From Bacteroidales bacterium (GTDB lineage: Bacteria; Bacteroidota; Bacteroidia; Bacteroidales; JAEINX01), in assembly GCA_016342645.1 (NCBI GenBank), contig JAEINX010000001.1:34582-98581 (forward strand): DNA of 64,000 bases, written 5' to 3'. The notes under the pieces are model-generated. The model was not told the origin of the DNA and ran no database searches. It worked only from the letters and a program-made list of their open reading frames with translations. The number at the start of each line of letters is the position of its first letter. Position 1 is the stretch's first letter. Of this stretch, positions 27,228 to 37,777 are shown piece by piece. The position numbers and the translations under genes are program-made.

Positions 27228-28772
27228 ATGCCTATTTTAGGATCTTTAATTAAAAAAGCATACGAGCTAAGAAGCAAGCCTCTTGATAAAAGACGGAAAA
27301 TCAATTGCTACAAAGCTCAAAAAAGAGAATTGCTAAAGCTTCTGAAGCGTGCTCAATTTACTGCATTTGGAGAATATTATAATTTTTCTAAAATATTGAA
27401 ATCTGACGACATTGTTAAATCTTTTCAAGAAACTGTTCCGGCTCATGATTATAATTCCATATATAAAAAATGGTGGTACAGATCATTAAACGGCGAAACC
27501 TTTGTTTGTTGGCCCGGTAGAGTAAAATATTTTGCTTTAAGCTCCGGAACTTCTGAGGCATCAAGTAAACAAATTCCGGTAACCAATGATATGTTAAAAT
27601 CAATTCGAAAAGCAAGTATAAGACAATTGATTACTACATCAAAATATGATTTCCCTCTTGAATTTTATCGAAAAGGAATATTAATGATTGGCGGCAGTAC
27701 TCACCTGCAATACAATGGAATGTATTATCAAGGTGATTTATCGGGAATCACCACCGGTAATCTGCCATTTTGGTTTCAGCATTTTTATAAACCCGGAAGG
27801 CGGATTTCAAAAGCTCCCGATTGGGAGACAAAATTGAGCGAAATTGTAAAAAAAGCTCCTGATTGGGATATTGGAATTATTGTCGGTATTCCGGCATGGA
27901 TACAAATTTTATTGGAAAGAATCATAAATGAGTACAATCTCAAAACAATTCATGATATTTGGCCGAATCTATCTGCTTTTGTTCATAGCGGAGTTTCGTT
28001 TAGCCCTTATGTAAAAAGCTTTGAAAAACTCTTTGGCCATCCGATTATTTATAACGAGTCCTATCTTGCATCTGAGGGATATATTGCTTTTCAAAATCGC
28101 CTCGATGTTAATTCAATGGAAATGCTATTAAATAATGGTATATTTTTTGAATTTATTCCTTTCAATGATTTAAATTTTGATACTGACGGTAATCTCAAAG
28201 AGAACCCAAAAACACTTACAATTAAAGAAGTAGAAGAAGATAAAGAATATGCTTTGCTGTTGTCAAACAATGCGGGTGCATGGAGATACCTAATTGGTGA
28301 TACAATTAAATTCACATCCAAACAAAAAAATGAAATAATTATAACCGGTAGGACAAAACATTTTATAAGCTTATGTGGTGAACATCTTTCAGTCGAAAAC
28401 ATTAACCGAGCTATTGAATTGCTTCAAGAAGAATTTAACATTGAAATTCGTGAATTTACGGTGTGTGGCATCAATCATGATCCCATGTTTGCTCATAAAT
28501 GGTATCTTGGTACGGAGGATGAAATTGACCCCGAGATTGCTAAACAAAAAATTGATGAATATTTAAATTATCTTAACGATGATTATCGTGTCGAAAGAAT
28601 GGAAGCAATTAAAGATGTTTTTGTTGAGGTTTTACCTATCGAAGTTTTTAATAAATGGTTAAAGAAAAAAGGGAAAGAAGGTGGGGCAAGTAAGTTTCCA
28701 AGAGTATTTAAGAAAGAACAAGTGGCAGAATGGGAAGAACATATAAAAGAATGTTTAAATTTAAATAAATAA
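27228..28772 (+). CDS. GH3 (auxin-responsive promoter) family acyl-acid amido synthetase-like protein
   Basis: FALSSGTSEASSKQIPVT adenylation motif and a length and organisation typical of bacterial GH3 proteins. Confidence 0.8.
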   Translation: MPILGSLIKKAYELRSKPLDKRRKINCYKAQKRELLKLLKRAQFTAFGEYYNFSKILKSDDIVKSFQETVPAHDYNSIYKKWWYRSLNGETFVCWPGRVKYFALSSGTSEASSKQIPVTNDMLKSIRKASIRQLITTSKYDFPLEFYRKGILMIGGSTHLQYNGMYYQGDLSGITTGNLPFWFQHFYKPGRRISKAPDWETKLSEIVKKAPDWDIGIIVGIPAWIQILLERIINEYNLKTIHDIWPNLSAFVHSGVSFSPYVKSFEKLFGHPIIYNESYLASEGYIAFQNRLDVNSMEMLLNNGIFFEFIPFNDLNFDTDGNLKENPKTLTIKEVEEDKEYALLLSNNAGAWRYLIGDTIKFTSKQKNEIIITGRTKHFISLCGEHLSVENINRAIELLQEEFNIEIREFTVCGINHDPMFAHKWYLGTEDEIDPEIAKQKIDEYLNYLNDDYRVERMEAIKDVFVEVLPIEVFNKWLKKKGKEGGASKFPRVFKKEQVAEWEEHIKECLNLNK

Positions 28773-28774
28773 TT

Positions 28775-29404
28775 ATGCATCCCTTAATTGAAGGAGTGAT
28801 CTTAGGATTAACACTGGCAATATTTTTTGGCTTCGGGCCTGCATTATTTGCATTGATTCAAACAAGTATTCATCGTGGTTTTTGGTCGGGCTTCCTTTTG
28901 GCAATTGGTGTTTTTTTAAGTGACCTCGTTGTTGTTGGATTGTGTTTTTTCGGAGCAATTCAAATAATTACCAAGCCTGAAAATCATCTTGCTTTTGGAT
29001 TAATAAGCGGAGGGATTTTAATAATTTTTGGAATTGTAACTTATTCTCATAAAATACATGTTGACGAAAATAATAATACCATTAAGATTAAAACACCTCA
29101 TCCGATAACATATATTCTTAAAGGATTTTTTCTGAATATTGCAAATCCGTTTATCTGGATTTTCTGGATGGGAGTGGTTGTAGCAATGACGGCAAACTAC
29201 GGAGCTGAAATTAAACCCTTGGTTTTTTTCTTTTCAGCAACATTGCTTACAGTTTTAGGAACAGACCTTTTAAAATGTTTTGGTTCTTTTAAAATAAAAA
29301 AATTTCTAACACCCCAAATTATGACTTTAATAAACAGAGTTGCAGGTATTGGTTTAGCAATTTTCGGTTTATTTCTGATTTTCAGGGTTATTTTTGATTT
29401 TTAA
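28775..29404 (+). CDS. LysE/RhtB family amino-acid exporter
   Basis: 209 aa with about 6 TM helices in a LysE-like pattern. Its 3' end overlaps ispD convergently by 36 nt. Confidence 0.7.
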   Translation: MHPLIEGVILGLTLAIFFGFGPALFALIQTSIHRGFWSGFLLAIGVFLSDLVVVGLCFFGAIQIITKPENHLAFGLISGGILIIFGIVTYSHKIHVDENNNTIKIKTPHPITYILKGFFLNIANPFIWIFWMGVVVAMTANYGAEIKPLVFFFSATLLTVLGTDLLKCFGSFKIKKFLTPQIMTLINRVAGIGLAIFGLFLIFRVIFDF

Positions 29405-30061
29405 TAAAGTCTCAGCAAACCGAAGATCAGTTTTCTTTGTTATTTTAATGTTTTCAGAATTTCCTTCAATCAGGTGAATTTCCTCTCCCATTTTTTCTAA
29501 AACGGAAGCATCATCAGTAAAACTTTCATCAAATTCCTGAAGATATGCTTGTTTTATTTTTCCCGAATAAAATGTTTGTGGAGTTTGAATAATTCGGAAT
29601 TTAGTTCTATCGATTGCATAGCTTTTTCCATCTTCGCTTATTTGCCTGATAGAATCGTTTATTTTTGAAACGGGAATTGCATTCCCGAATTTTTTAACAT
29701 CAGAAAAGCATTTATTAATTGTAGTTTGATCTACCAAAGGCCTGACCCCATCATGAATTGCCACAAAACTTTTGTCGGGAATAAATTTTAATGCGTTTTT
29801 TACTGAATAAAACCTTTCGCTTCCACCCTCAACAAGTCGATGATTAATTTCAAATTTATATTCAAAACAAAGATTTTTCCAAAATTCAAAATATTCTTGC
29901 GGCAAAACAAGGAAAATTTCTATTTCTTTAGAATAATTATAAAAACCTAAAATTGTGTGCATTAACAAAGGCCTACCTGCAATATTCAAAAATTGTTTAG
30001 GGGTTTTTGAATCAAACCTCTTTCCTATTCCGCCGGCAACTATTATTAAATATTCTTTCAA
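29369..30061 (-). CDS. ispD: 2-C-methyl-D-erythritol 4-phosphate cytidylyltransferase
   Basis: IIVAGGIGKRF nucleotide-binding motif, 230 aa. The apparent start is TTG (rc of 30059-30061), with no upstream ATG. Confidence 0.85.
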   Translation of the reverse strand: MKEYLIIVAGGIGKRFDSKTPKQFLNIAGRPLLMHTILGFYNYSKEIEIFLVLPQEYFEFWKNLCFEYKFEINHRLVEGGSERFYSVKNALKFIPDKSFVAIHDGVRPLVDQTTINKCFSDVKKFGNAIPVSKINDSIRQISEDGKSYAIDRTKFRIIQTPQTFYSGKIKQAYLQEFDESFTDDASVLEKMGEEIHLIEGNSENIKITKKTDLRFAETLLKIKNNPENQK

Positions 30062-30091
30062 TATTTTTAGTAAACTTTCTAATGAAATTAC

Positions 30092-31141
30092 TTACAAAAC
30101 CAGCATTGCATCACCGTAAGAGTAGAACGAATATTTTTTCTCTACAGCTTCCTTATAAGCTTTTAATAGGAAATCATATCCCGCAAAGGCTGAAACCGCC
30201 ATCATCATAGATGATTGTGGCAAATGAAAATTAGTAATAATTGCATTGGGAAGAGTGAAATTATAAGGAGGAAAAATAAATTTATTTGTCCATCCGTTAA
30301 AAGGTTTCAGCATACCACTAATTGTAACAGATGATTCTAAGGCTTTTAAAGAGGTTGTGCCAACTGCAACTATATTATGTTTATTATTTTTTGCACTATT
30401 TACAAGGTCAACACATTCTTCATTAATTATTAATTCTTCCGAACCCATTTTATGCTTTGAAAGGTCTTCAACTTCGATATTTCTGAAGTTACTCATGCCT
30501 GCGTGAAGAGTAATTTCGGCAAAATCAACACCCATAATTTCAAGCCTTTTCATAAGCTGCCGTGAAAAATGCATACCTGCTGTTGGTGCTGCTATTGCTC
30601 CCTCGTGTTTTGCATAAATGGTTTGATATCTTTCCTCATCTTCCGGTTCAAGGGGCCGATCAATAATTTTCGGCAGAGGAGTTTGACCCAACCTTTGAAT
30701 AGTTTCTTTGAATTTTTCATAAGAGCCGTCAAACAAAAATCGCATTGTTCTGCCCCTTGAAGTAGTGTTGTCAATTATTTCGGCAACCAATTCGTCGTCT
30801 TGCCCAAAATAAAGTTTATTACCAATTCTTATTTTTCGGGCCGGATCAACCATTACGTCCCAAAGTCTCGATTCTTTGTTTAGTTCACGTAATAAGAAAA
30901 CTTCAATTTTTGCTCCGGTTTTTTCCTTTTCGCCATGTAATCGTGCGGGAAAAACTTTTGTATTATTTAAAACAAAAACATCCCCATCAGAAAAATAATT
31001 AATTATATCTTTAAAGTTTTTGTGTTCAATGGTTTCTGTTCTTCTATCGATGACCATTAGTTTTGACTCATCTCTGTTAGGAAGAGGCCGCATTGCGATC
31101 AATTCCGGAGGCAAATAATATCTAAATTGTGATAATTTCAT
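30092..31141 (-). CDS. queA: S-adenosylmethionine:tRNA ribosyltransferase-isomerase
   Basis: [16 protein letters not shown] is the classic QueA N-terminus. The start was moved to the ATG at 31141; the track extends 7 codons upstream. Confidence 0.9.
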   Translation of the reverse strand: MKLSQFRYYLPPELIAMRPLPNRDESKLMVIDRRTETIEHKNFKDIINYFSDGDVFVLNNTKVFPARLHGEKEKTGAKIEVFLLRELNKESRLWDVMVDPARKIRIGNKLYFGQDDELVAEIIDNTTSRGRTMRFLFDGSYEKFKETIQRLGQTPLPKIIDRPLEPEDEERYQTIYAKHEGAIAAPTAGMHFSRQLMKRLEIMGVDFAEITLHAGMSNFRNIEVEDLSKHKMGSEELIINEECVDLVNSAKNNKHNIVAVGTTSLKALESSVTISGMLKPFNGWTNKFIFPPYNFTLPNAIITNFHLPQSSMMMAVSAFAGYDFLLKAYKEAVEKKYSFYSYGDAMLVL

Positions 31142-31249
31142 ATAAATAATCTTATTAATCAATTACATTATTGATTTTTTTTAAGGGGTGCAAAGATAAT
31201 TAATAAATGTGAAAAAGTCAATACTTAATGTAAAATAAGTCAAAATTGA

Positions 31250-31987
31250 TTAATTTTGTTGTTTTCTCATACTAAATTCAACAATTTTCTCTTTTAGCTC
31301 CTGAATTTTATAAGCATTAGCTAAATCGTAATCTCCTATTTTGGTGCGACATAAAGAGGAGAGATATGCCCCATTATTCAATGCTTTACCAAAGTCGTAG
31401 GCAAGGGAACGAATATAGGTTCCTTTACTACAAAGCACTCGAAAATCAACGAATGGGATATTAATATTTGTAATTTCAAATGTTTTTATGCTTATTTTTT
31501 TTGATTGCATGACAATACTGTCATCTTTTTTCCTTGCATATTCATAAGCCCTTTTTCCATTTATTTTTTTTGCCGAAAAAATTGGTGGAATTTGTTCTAT
31601 AGTTCCAACAAATTTTTTTGTGGTTTCATGGATTAGTACCTCGCTAAGGTTTTCAGTCGGAAATGTGTTATCAACTTCGGTTTCCTTATCATAGGAGGGG
31701 GTAGTTGCACCAAGAGTAAATGTTCCGGTATATTCTTTTTCCTGATTTTGGATTTGTTCGATTTTTTTTGTCAGTTTTCCTGTACATAAAATCAATAAGC
31801 CTGTAGCAAGCGGATCTAAAGTTCCGGCATGCCCAATTTTTATTTTTCTGATTTTTAAAACCTTGTTTAGAAGTTTTCTGTAGAAATTCACAACATCAAA
31901 TGATGTCCATTCAAGAGGTTTATCGATTAAAAGGATTTCTCCTTCCGAGAAATCAAAATCTTTTTTAGTTTTATAATAAAATACCAT
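31250..31987 (-). CDS. truB: tRNA pseudouridine(55) synthase
   Basis: [14 protein letters not shown] and [13 protein letters not shown] catalytic Asp motif. The start is taken at MVFYYK (31987) because the longer ORF overlaps uppP. Confidence 0.88.
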   Translation of the reverse strand: MVFYYKTKKDFDFSEGEILLIDKPLEWTSFDVVNFYRKLLNKVLKIRKIKIGHAGTLDPLATGLLILCTGKLTKKIEQIQNQEKEYTGTFTLGATTPSYDKETEVDNTFPTENLSEVLIHETTKKFVGTIEQIPPIFSAKKINGKRAYEYARKKDDSIVMQSKKISIKTFEITNINIPFVDFRVLCSKGTYIRSLAYDFGKALNNGAYLSSLCRTKIGDYDLANAYKIQELKEKIVEFSMRKQQN

Positions 31988-31992
31988 TAATT

Positions 31993-32775
31993 CTAAGCAA
32001 AAATAATTGCAATTAAGCCAATTATAAAACAATAGATTGAGAAATATATTAATTTTCCCTTTTTTACCAAGCCAATCATCCATTTGCAGGCAAGCAAACC
32101 GGAAATGAACGCAGCAATAAAGCCAACCGTTAAAGGAATAATTCCAATGTTTGAATTACTTGCCATTTCTCCACCCACAACATCTTTTAAATTAGCTCCA
32201 ATTATTGGGATGAGAACCATTAAAAACGAAAATTTTGCAATTATTTCTTTTTTATTCCCAATAATAATTCCTGTTGCAATTGTTGAACCTGAGCGAGAAA
32301 TACCCGGAAGCACAGCAAATGCCTGGGCAATACCGATGATTAAAGAATCAAGAAAATTGATGTTTCGTTTGTTGGATTTTGAGAAATAAGTGAAGGCAAG
32401 CAATAAAGATGTTACAATTAGCATTGAGCCTACAAAAACCAAATTTCCGGTGAAAAAACTTTCAATCTCTTCGGCAAAAAACAAACCGATAAAAATAACC
32501 GGCAGCATCGAGATAAAAATTTTAATTATATATTTTGTTTGTTCGTTCCATTTAAGTTTAAAAAAACCTTGAATCAAATCCCAAATTTCCTTGTGAAAAA
32601 CAACAATGGTGCTTAGAACAGTTGCACCGTGAACGACAACAGTATAAACAAGACTTTTTTCGGCATTAACACCGAGAAGTACTTTTCCAATCTCAAGATG
32701 GCCACTGCTGCTAACAGGTAAAAATTCGGTAAGGCCTTGAACAATTCCTAAAATTAATGCTTCAAACCAACTCAT
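31993..32775 (-). CDS. uppP: Undecaprenyl-diphosphate phosphatase
   Basis: EFLPVSSSGHL and PGISRSGSTI BacA motifs, with 8 TM helices. Confidence 0.9.
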   Translation of the reverse strand: MSWFEALILGIVQGLTEFLPVSSSGHLEIGKVLLGVNAEKSLVYTVVVHGATVLSTIVVFHKEIWDLIQGFFKLKWNEQTKYIIKIFISMLPVIFIGLFFAEEIESFFTGNLVFVGSMLIVTSLLLAFTYFSKSNKRNINFLDSLIIGIAQAFAVLPGISRSGSTIATGIIIGNKKEIIAKFSFLMVLIPIIGANLKDVVGGEMASNSNIGIIPLTVGFIAAFISGLLACKWMIGLVKKGKLIYFSIYCFIIGLIAIIFA

Positions 32776-33319
32776 AAGTAATTTATTATTGATTATTTGA
32801 TATTTAATTGTTTTAAAAAGTGAAACGACTTTTTTTTACAGCAATTTTTTTAGTCTCTTTTGCCAATAATTCGAAAGTTGTTCCTTTGTATATTTTGTTT
32901 CCATTTTGCTACAAATTGATTAGAAAAATATTCTTGCACGTACAAACGCTTACTACCTAATCTTATTATATATTCACAAATTAAGTCATTATAAGCTCAT
33001 ATTAATATTCTAATTCTCAGATTAAGTGTTTCTTTAATGATTTCGTCAAAAATCTGTCTCACAATTTAGTTTTTCTACAAATATATGACTTTTTTTTTGT
33101 AATTATTAAGCAAGTAATTTACCCTGTGATAAAATAATTGCTTTTGAAGTTAGTAAATAATTCTGAGAAAACATTACGATTAAATTTTCTTGGATAAAAT
33201 TTATTTCCAATTTTTGTAAGGGATACTCTTCAAAGGATTGGAAGTTATACGATATAAAAATTGAGTTGCAATATATTTATCCATTTTGCAAAGTGTTTTT
33301 TGCAAAAAGTCTTAAAAAA

Positions 33320-33337
33320 TGCAAAATTGATTTTGCA
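33320..33337 (-). terminator. Weak AT-rich hairpin tgcaaaa-n4-ttttgca followed by a T-run on the minus strand
   Basis: Perfect 7-bp arms lie 12 nt after the stop of the FAD oxidoreductase gene, and a T6 run follows on the minus strand. Confidence 0.35.
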
Positions 33338-33348
33338 ATATTCAAAAA

Positions 33349-34884
33349 TTACTGACATTCAACAATGTTCATAGCCGCTTTTATCCCATCAGCAGCACTC
33401 GAAACTATTCCACCTGCATAACCGCTTGCTTCGCCCACGATATAAAGATTTTTCATGCCCTCACAGAGCCCATTCGAATTACGTAAAACCTGAATCGGTG
33501 ATGAGGTTTTGCTTTCAAGGCCCATAATAATTCCGCTTTCAAAAGCTTTAATTTTTTTCTTGAAAATTATTAATCCTTCCCTGATCGAATTGCTAATCTG
33601 AGTTGGTAATAAGTCCCATAAAGGAGCAGGATTTAAACCTAAAGGATAAGTGGATTCCGGGATTATTGAGGGAATCTTTTTATCAATAAAATCCTGAATA
33701 CTGCAAAAAGGAGCATGATAATCGTTAGAATATTCAAAAAAACTTTGCTCAAGATTTTCTAAACCGTCAATTGTTGCTGATGCAGTTGCTTTTTTGCCGA
33801 ATAAATTTTCGGGATTAATTCCGGCAACACAAGCAGCATTGGCAAAGTTTCCATCTCTCTTATACAGACTCATTCCATTAACGATATTTGTATTTTTATA
33901 GGCTGCAGAGGGAACAACAATTCCGCCGGGGCACATGCAAAAAGTATAAACCGGAAGCGAGGTTTTTCCTTGTGTGGTCATTCGGTATTCAGCAGCTTTT
34001 ACTCCGGGTAAATTTTTACAACCCCATTGGGCCATGTTAATAATTTCGGCAGGATGCTCTATTCGGCAGCCAATGGCAAAATTCTTAGTTTGGAAATTTA
34101 CTCCCCTGCTGATTAGCATTCTAAAAGTCTCGAAAGCTGAATGGCCTGAAGCAATAATAAATTCATCTGCTTTGATGTTACCGGATGAAGTAATTGCCTC
34201 AGTAACTTTTCCGTTTACAATTATTAAATCTTCTAACAGAGTATCAAAATGTATTGCCCCTCCAAGACTTATAAATTTTTCTCTAAGATTTTTTACAATA
34301 ATTTTAAGATTATCGCTACCGAGATGAGGATGTGACAGATATTTAATTTCATCAGGTGCACCTGCGTTTATATATGAATTTAAGATAAATTGTTTTTCTT
34401 TTGAAATATGTTTTGATCGTGAAGTAAGTTTCCCATCCGAAAATGTACCGGCACCACCTTCTCCAAAAGCATAATTGTTTTTTTCGTCAAAAGTTCCGTT
34501 TTTTTCAAATTCTTTTATGCTTTCATCTCGTTTATTGACATCCGAACCTCTTTCGATTATTGTTGTTTCAAAACCGGCTTTTAAAAGAACTAAGGCTGAA
34601 AAAAAACCTGCCGGGCCACTACCGATAACGACTGCTTTTTTATTTCTTTTCTTATAAGGAATAATTAATTCAGGTAACTCAACAAATTTTCCATCTCGAA
34701 TTTCTTTTGAGAATACCGAAATTCTTAATTGCCAGTGAATATTGTTTTTCTTTCTTGCATCAAGACTTTTATTTTCAATTTGATAAGCAAATCTTTTTAT
34801 TCTTAGATTTTTCCTGATTTTCTGCTTAATCTCTTCTTCTTGATATGAAGTTGGCAGCTTAATTGATATCTCTTTATATCCCAT
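33349..34884 (-). CDS. NAD(P)/FAD-dependent oxidoreductase (COG2509-like)
   Basis: Dinucleotide fold VVIGSGPAGFFSAL and C-terminal GEASGYAGGI. Confidence 0.75.
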   Translation of the reverse strand: MGYKEISIKLPTSYQEEEIKQKIRKNLRIKRFAYQIENKSLDARKKNNIHWQLRISVFSKEIRDGKFVELPELIIPYKKRNKKAVVIGSGPAGFFSALVLLKAGFETTIIERGSDVNKRDESIKEFEKNGTFDEKNNYAFGEGGAGTFSDGKLTSRSKHISKEKQFILNSYINAGAPDEIKYLSHPHLGSDNLKIIVKNLREKFISLGGAIHFDTLLEDLIIVNGKVTEAITSSGNIKADEFIIASGHSAFETFRMLISRGVNFQTKNFAIGCRIEHPAEIINMAQWGCKNLPGVKAAEYRMTTQGKTSLPVYTFCMCPGGIVVPSAAYKNTNIVNGMSLYKRDGNFANAACVAGINPENLFGKKATASATIDGLENLEQSFFEYSNDYHAPFCSIQDFIDKKIPSIIPESTYPLGLNPAPLWDLLPTQISNSIREGLIIFKKKIKAFESGIIMGLESKTSSPIQVLRNSNGLCEGMKNLYIVGEASGYAGGIVSSAADGIKAAMNIVECQ

Positions 34885-34920
34885 AAGTAATTCTTCTAAA
34901 ATTTTAGATTAAAGAATAAA

Positions 34921-34954
34921 AAAAGGAGTATCAATTAAGACACTCCTTTTTTTT
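34921..34954 (-). terminator. Rho-independent terminator after the 34973-37498 gene
   Basis: Perfect 9-bp stem aaaaggagt / actcctttt with a 12-nt loop and T-runs on both strands. Confidence 0.65.
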
Positions 34955-34972
34955 GAAGTTTTGTATAAAATA

Positions 34973-37498
34973 CTAATTAATTGTTACTTTTTCGGTACTT
35001 ATTCCTTCAGTTGTTTCAATACGAATTATATATAATCCTTGCTTGAAACTTTCAGTATTTATTGTCATCAATTTATTATTATTAGTCTCATCATAAATGA
35101 TTTGCCCAATACAATTAATAATCATAACTCTGCTGATATCACATATAGATTGGATGTTGATATTTTCGGTTGCAGGGTTCGGATAAATTGATAATGTTTT
35201 TGAAACATCATTAATTGAACCTTTTATAATATTTACAATACTGAATTCACCATCTTCGGCAGGATAAACATTTTCAACGTATGAATTATAAATATTTTCC
35301 ATTGTAAAATCTACATCAGAAATTTCATTAGAATTCGAATTATAGATTTTTAAATTAATCGGATTACCTTGTACATATCCCTGACCATCAGTTAATGTAT
35401 TAAAAACAGGGAGAGCGTTTAATAATCTATTTTCCGATGAAATTTTAGTTGCACCAACCAAAACATCTCCGTTATAAGCTGCTACTTCATCACCAATTTC
35501 CAATCCGTCAACATAAATTGTATAAACGGCATCTGCGGCATTACCTCCATTAAAATTGAAATGTGTTGCCTTGGAATTAACCGAATTAATTGAAGATTTT
35601 TCATCGTTTGAAGGATATATCAAAACTGCGGGATTAAGCATTTTTACAAGATAACCTTCGCCCGGATTTGCATTACCAATACCATTAATCCAGTTTGGCC
35701 CAATTTTTCTAAGCATTCCGCCTTGTGAATTTCTAATATATGAAAGATCATCTCCTATGATTGAAGCAAAAGCTGTTAAAGCATCAATTGAAGAAATTGG
35801 TAAAAAGCTTACAAAACGAAATCCTGCCGGTAGAGAAATAGGTGTATCGGGAGCAAGCTGATCGCCTTCAAAAGCAAAGGTTTCCGCTCCATCCAACTTA
35901 AACAAATATCCTTCGGTCGAAATCCAGTCACCAATACCATTGATCCAGTTCGGCCCAATTTTCCGTAACATATTACCATCAGAATTTCTTACATATGCAA
36001 GATTCTCATTTAAAATATCTTCTAAAACAATCAGCATATCCATGTTTTCTTCAACAACATAAGAAGATATAAATTGAAAGCCCGGATATAAAGAAAACGA
36101 TTGAATAACAGGCCCTGATGATGATTGTCCGGTTATCAAAATATTATCAATTTCCCAAGTTGAAGATTCATCAATAGTTGACATATATTTAAATGCAAGA
36201 TAAACTCTTGAACCTGAATAAGCTGAAATATCAACATCTCCTGATTCTATCCACTCATAATTTCCTTGTGACCATTCCGGTTCGAGATATGCCCATGTTG
36301 CTGTATTTGGATCACTTACACCATCATAATCGGTCGAAATTTTCAATTCAAGTGGCGGGCCGGCATAGTTCATAGCGGATATGAATGAAATAACTTCATC
36401 TGTATAATTATCAAAGTTTAAGGCAGGAGAAATTAACCAGTCTTCATTTTCGTTACTTGCAGATGTATATCCTGACATTTTTGCAAAATAATCACTGCCA
36501 TAAGAGGATGGCACCCATATTTGTTCACCAATTACATTATATTCAGACCATGTTCCTAATGTTTCATCATTAAAGTCTTCAGCATTAATAATCGCAATGT
36601 CATCGGTTGTTGCATTAGCTGAGGGCGGAGTTCCGTCAGTTTTATAGTCGATATTTGGGCCTCCGTTAGTATATGGGAATATTTTGAAATAATAAGTAGT
36701 TGCCGGATCAAGGTTTGCAAAAGTGTATTGTTGAACACCATAGTTAATATTCATTATTCCTGTTCCATCAGAAAGATCAGGATCATTAGCTTCCGGTGTA
36801 CCGTCAATAGGAAGATCAATATTATTTTCATCACTTGCTTTGATTAAATAACCTGAAGGAAGTTGATCACCAATTGCATCATCCCATGAAAGATTGATTG
36901 AAATACCATCAGCTACGGCTCCAAAATTAGTTGGGTAATTTGTAGGCTCGGGAGAAGGAGCACTTCCGGTTATTGAAAAGTCATCATAATAAACTGAACC
37001 ACCATTATTGCCATCTTGATGGTAAACCCTTACTTCGAACCTAAAACCTGTTGCAGTAGGTGGTGCAGCTAAATTTGCCGAAAATTGAATCCAATCCGGA
37101 TTATCCTCAGAATATTCTGAAGGTCGCAAAATATCGGCATTGTCCGGTAGTGTGGTGGTTTCGTTTAATAACCAATATGCCCAGATTCTTGTCTTGGCTT
37201 CAGGATCATTGTCATAATACCAATAACTTATAGCATAAGTTTCGCCACCTGTAATTGACATTACATCTTGTGTAAAATCTTTAGTGCTGCTGGCAGAAGT
37301 ATGCATAGCAGAATAGGTTCCGCCATGAACCGGTGTGGTTGCCTGAGTAATGTTTTCGGCTTTTGTCCAATCGGTTGGGAAGTTTGGATCATCCCATAAT
37401 TCTAAATCTCCGTTTAATACATAGTTTTGGGCATTAACAATAAATGCACCTGATATCAGGAAGATTGAGATAACTGATAAAAGAAAAAGTTTTTTCAT
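34973..37498 (-). CDS. Secreted protein: CBM4_9-like + FN3 + choice-of-anchor-J-like domain + shared cassette + T9SS CTD
   Basis: Signal peptide, NYVLNGDLELWDD..PTDW (CBM4_9-like) and FN3 (YYFKIFPY). EDFNDETLGTW...EDWLISPALNF resembles choice-of-anchor J. The cassette and CTD follow (LSIYPNP...YIIRI). Confidence 0.75.
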   Translation of the reverse strand: MKKLFLLSVISIFLISGAFIVNAQNYVLNGDLELWDDPNFPTDWTKAENITQATTPVHGGTYSAMHTSASSTKDFTQDVMSITGGETYAISYWYYDNDPEAKTRIWAYWLLNETTTLPDNADILRPSEYSEDNPDWIQFSANLAAPPTATGFRFEVRVYHQDGNNGGSVYYDDFSITGSAPSPEPTNYPTNFGAVADGISINLSWDDAIGDQLPSGYLIKASDENNIDLPIDGTPEANDPDLSDGTGIMNINYGVQQYTFANLDPATTYYFKIFPYTNGGPNIDYKTDGTPPSANATTDDIAIINAEDFNDETLGTWSEYNVIGEQIWVPSSYGSDYFAKMSGYTSASNENEDWLISPALNFDNYTDEVISFISAMNYAGPPLELKISTDYDGVSDPNTATWAYLEPEWSQGNYEWIESGDVDISAYSGSRVYLAFKYMSTIDESSTWEIDNILITGQSSSGPVIQSFSLYPGFQFISSYVVEENMDMLIVLEDILNENLAYVRNSDGNMLRKIGPNWINGIGDWISTEGYLFKLDGAETFAFEGDQLAPDTPISLPAGFRFVSFLPISSIDALTAFASIIGDDLSYIRNSQGGMLRKIGPNWINGIGNANPGEGYLVKMLNPAVLIYPSNDEKSSINSVNSKATHFNFNGGNAADAVYTIYVDGLEIGDEVAAYNGDVLVGATKISSENRLLNALPVFNTLTDGQGYVQGNPINLKIYNSNSNEISDVDFTMENIYNSYVENVYPAEDGEFSIVNIIKGSINDVSKTLSIYPNPATENINIQSICDISRVMIINCIGQIIYDETNNNKLMTINTESFKQGLYIIRIETTEGISTEKVTIN
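35222..36106 (-). repeat. Shared C-terminal cassette copy 3 (A+B 35612-36106, GGNAAD domain 35222-35566)
   Basis: YVRNSDGNMLRKIGPNWINGIGDW and YIRNSQGGMLRKIGPNWINGIGNA, then FNFNGGNAADAVYTIYVDGLEIGDEVAAY. Confidence 0.85.
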
Positions 37499-37683
37499 AA
37501 TTTTTGTGTTTTTAAAATGATTAATATATATTTTTGATTTTCAATACTTTTATTTTAATAAATTAAGATACCGATTCAATCTCTTTAAAGTTTTGAACGA
37601 ATTTTTATTTTATTTATCAAAAGTATAAAAAATTCTAATACATTTGAAAGTTTTGTCAATTAATTTTTTGTTAAGAAAGTTTA

Positions 37684-37746
37684 TTTCACTGAAGAGTTAG
37701 GAAAAACTACTGCGCCACTCTCAAACATTTTTATTAAATATCCTTC
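37684..37746 (-). pseudogene. Orphan 3' remnant of a cassette repeat-B coding end (EGYLIKMFESGAVVFPNSSVK*)
   Basis: Minus-strand translation of 37696-37746 matches the last 17 aa of the 39146-42814 protein at 16 of 17 residues. At the DNA level the two differ by about 10 substitutions, 9 of them synonymous. Confidence 0.5.
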
Positions 37747-37777
37747 ATCAAGTTTCCTGACAGACACTATTAATTTG

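Noticed and set aside
28773-28958. Minus-strand ORF 28773-28958, plus 28583-28780 and 28091-28402
   Set aside because: They are antisense to the well-supported LysE-family and GH3 genes and carry no motifs.
31988-32083. N-terminal 32-codon extension of the truB ORF (MDDWLGKKGK...)
   Set aside because: The extension overlaps the 3' end of uppP and has no similarity to TruB N-termini. The internal Met at 31987 gives the normal TruB start just after the uppP stop.
32084-32572. Plus-strand ORFs 32084-32389 and 32390-32572
   Set aside because: They are antisense to uppP, which has unambiguous BacA motifs, so they are shadow ORFs.
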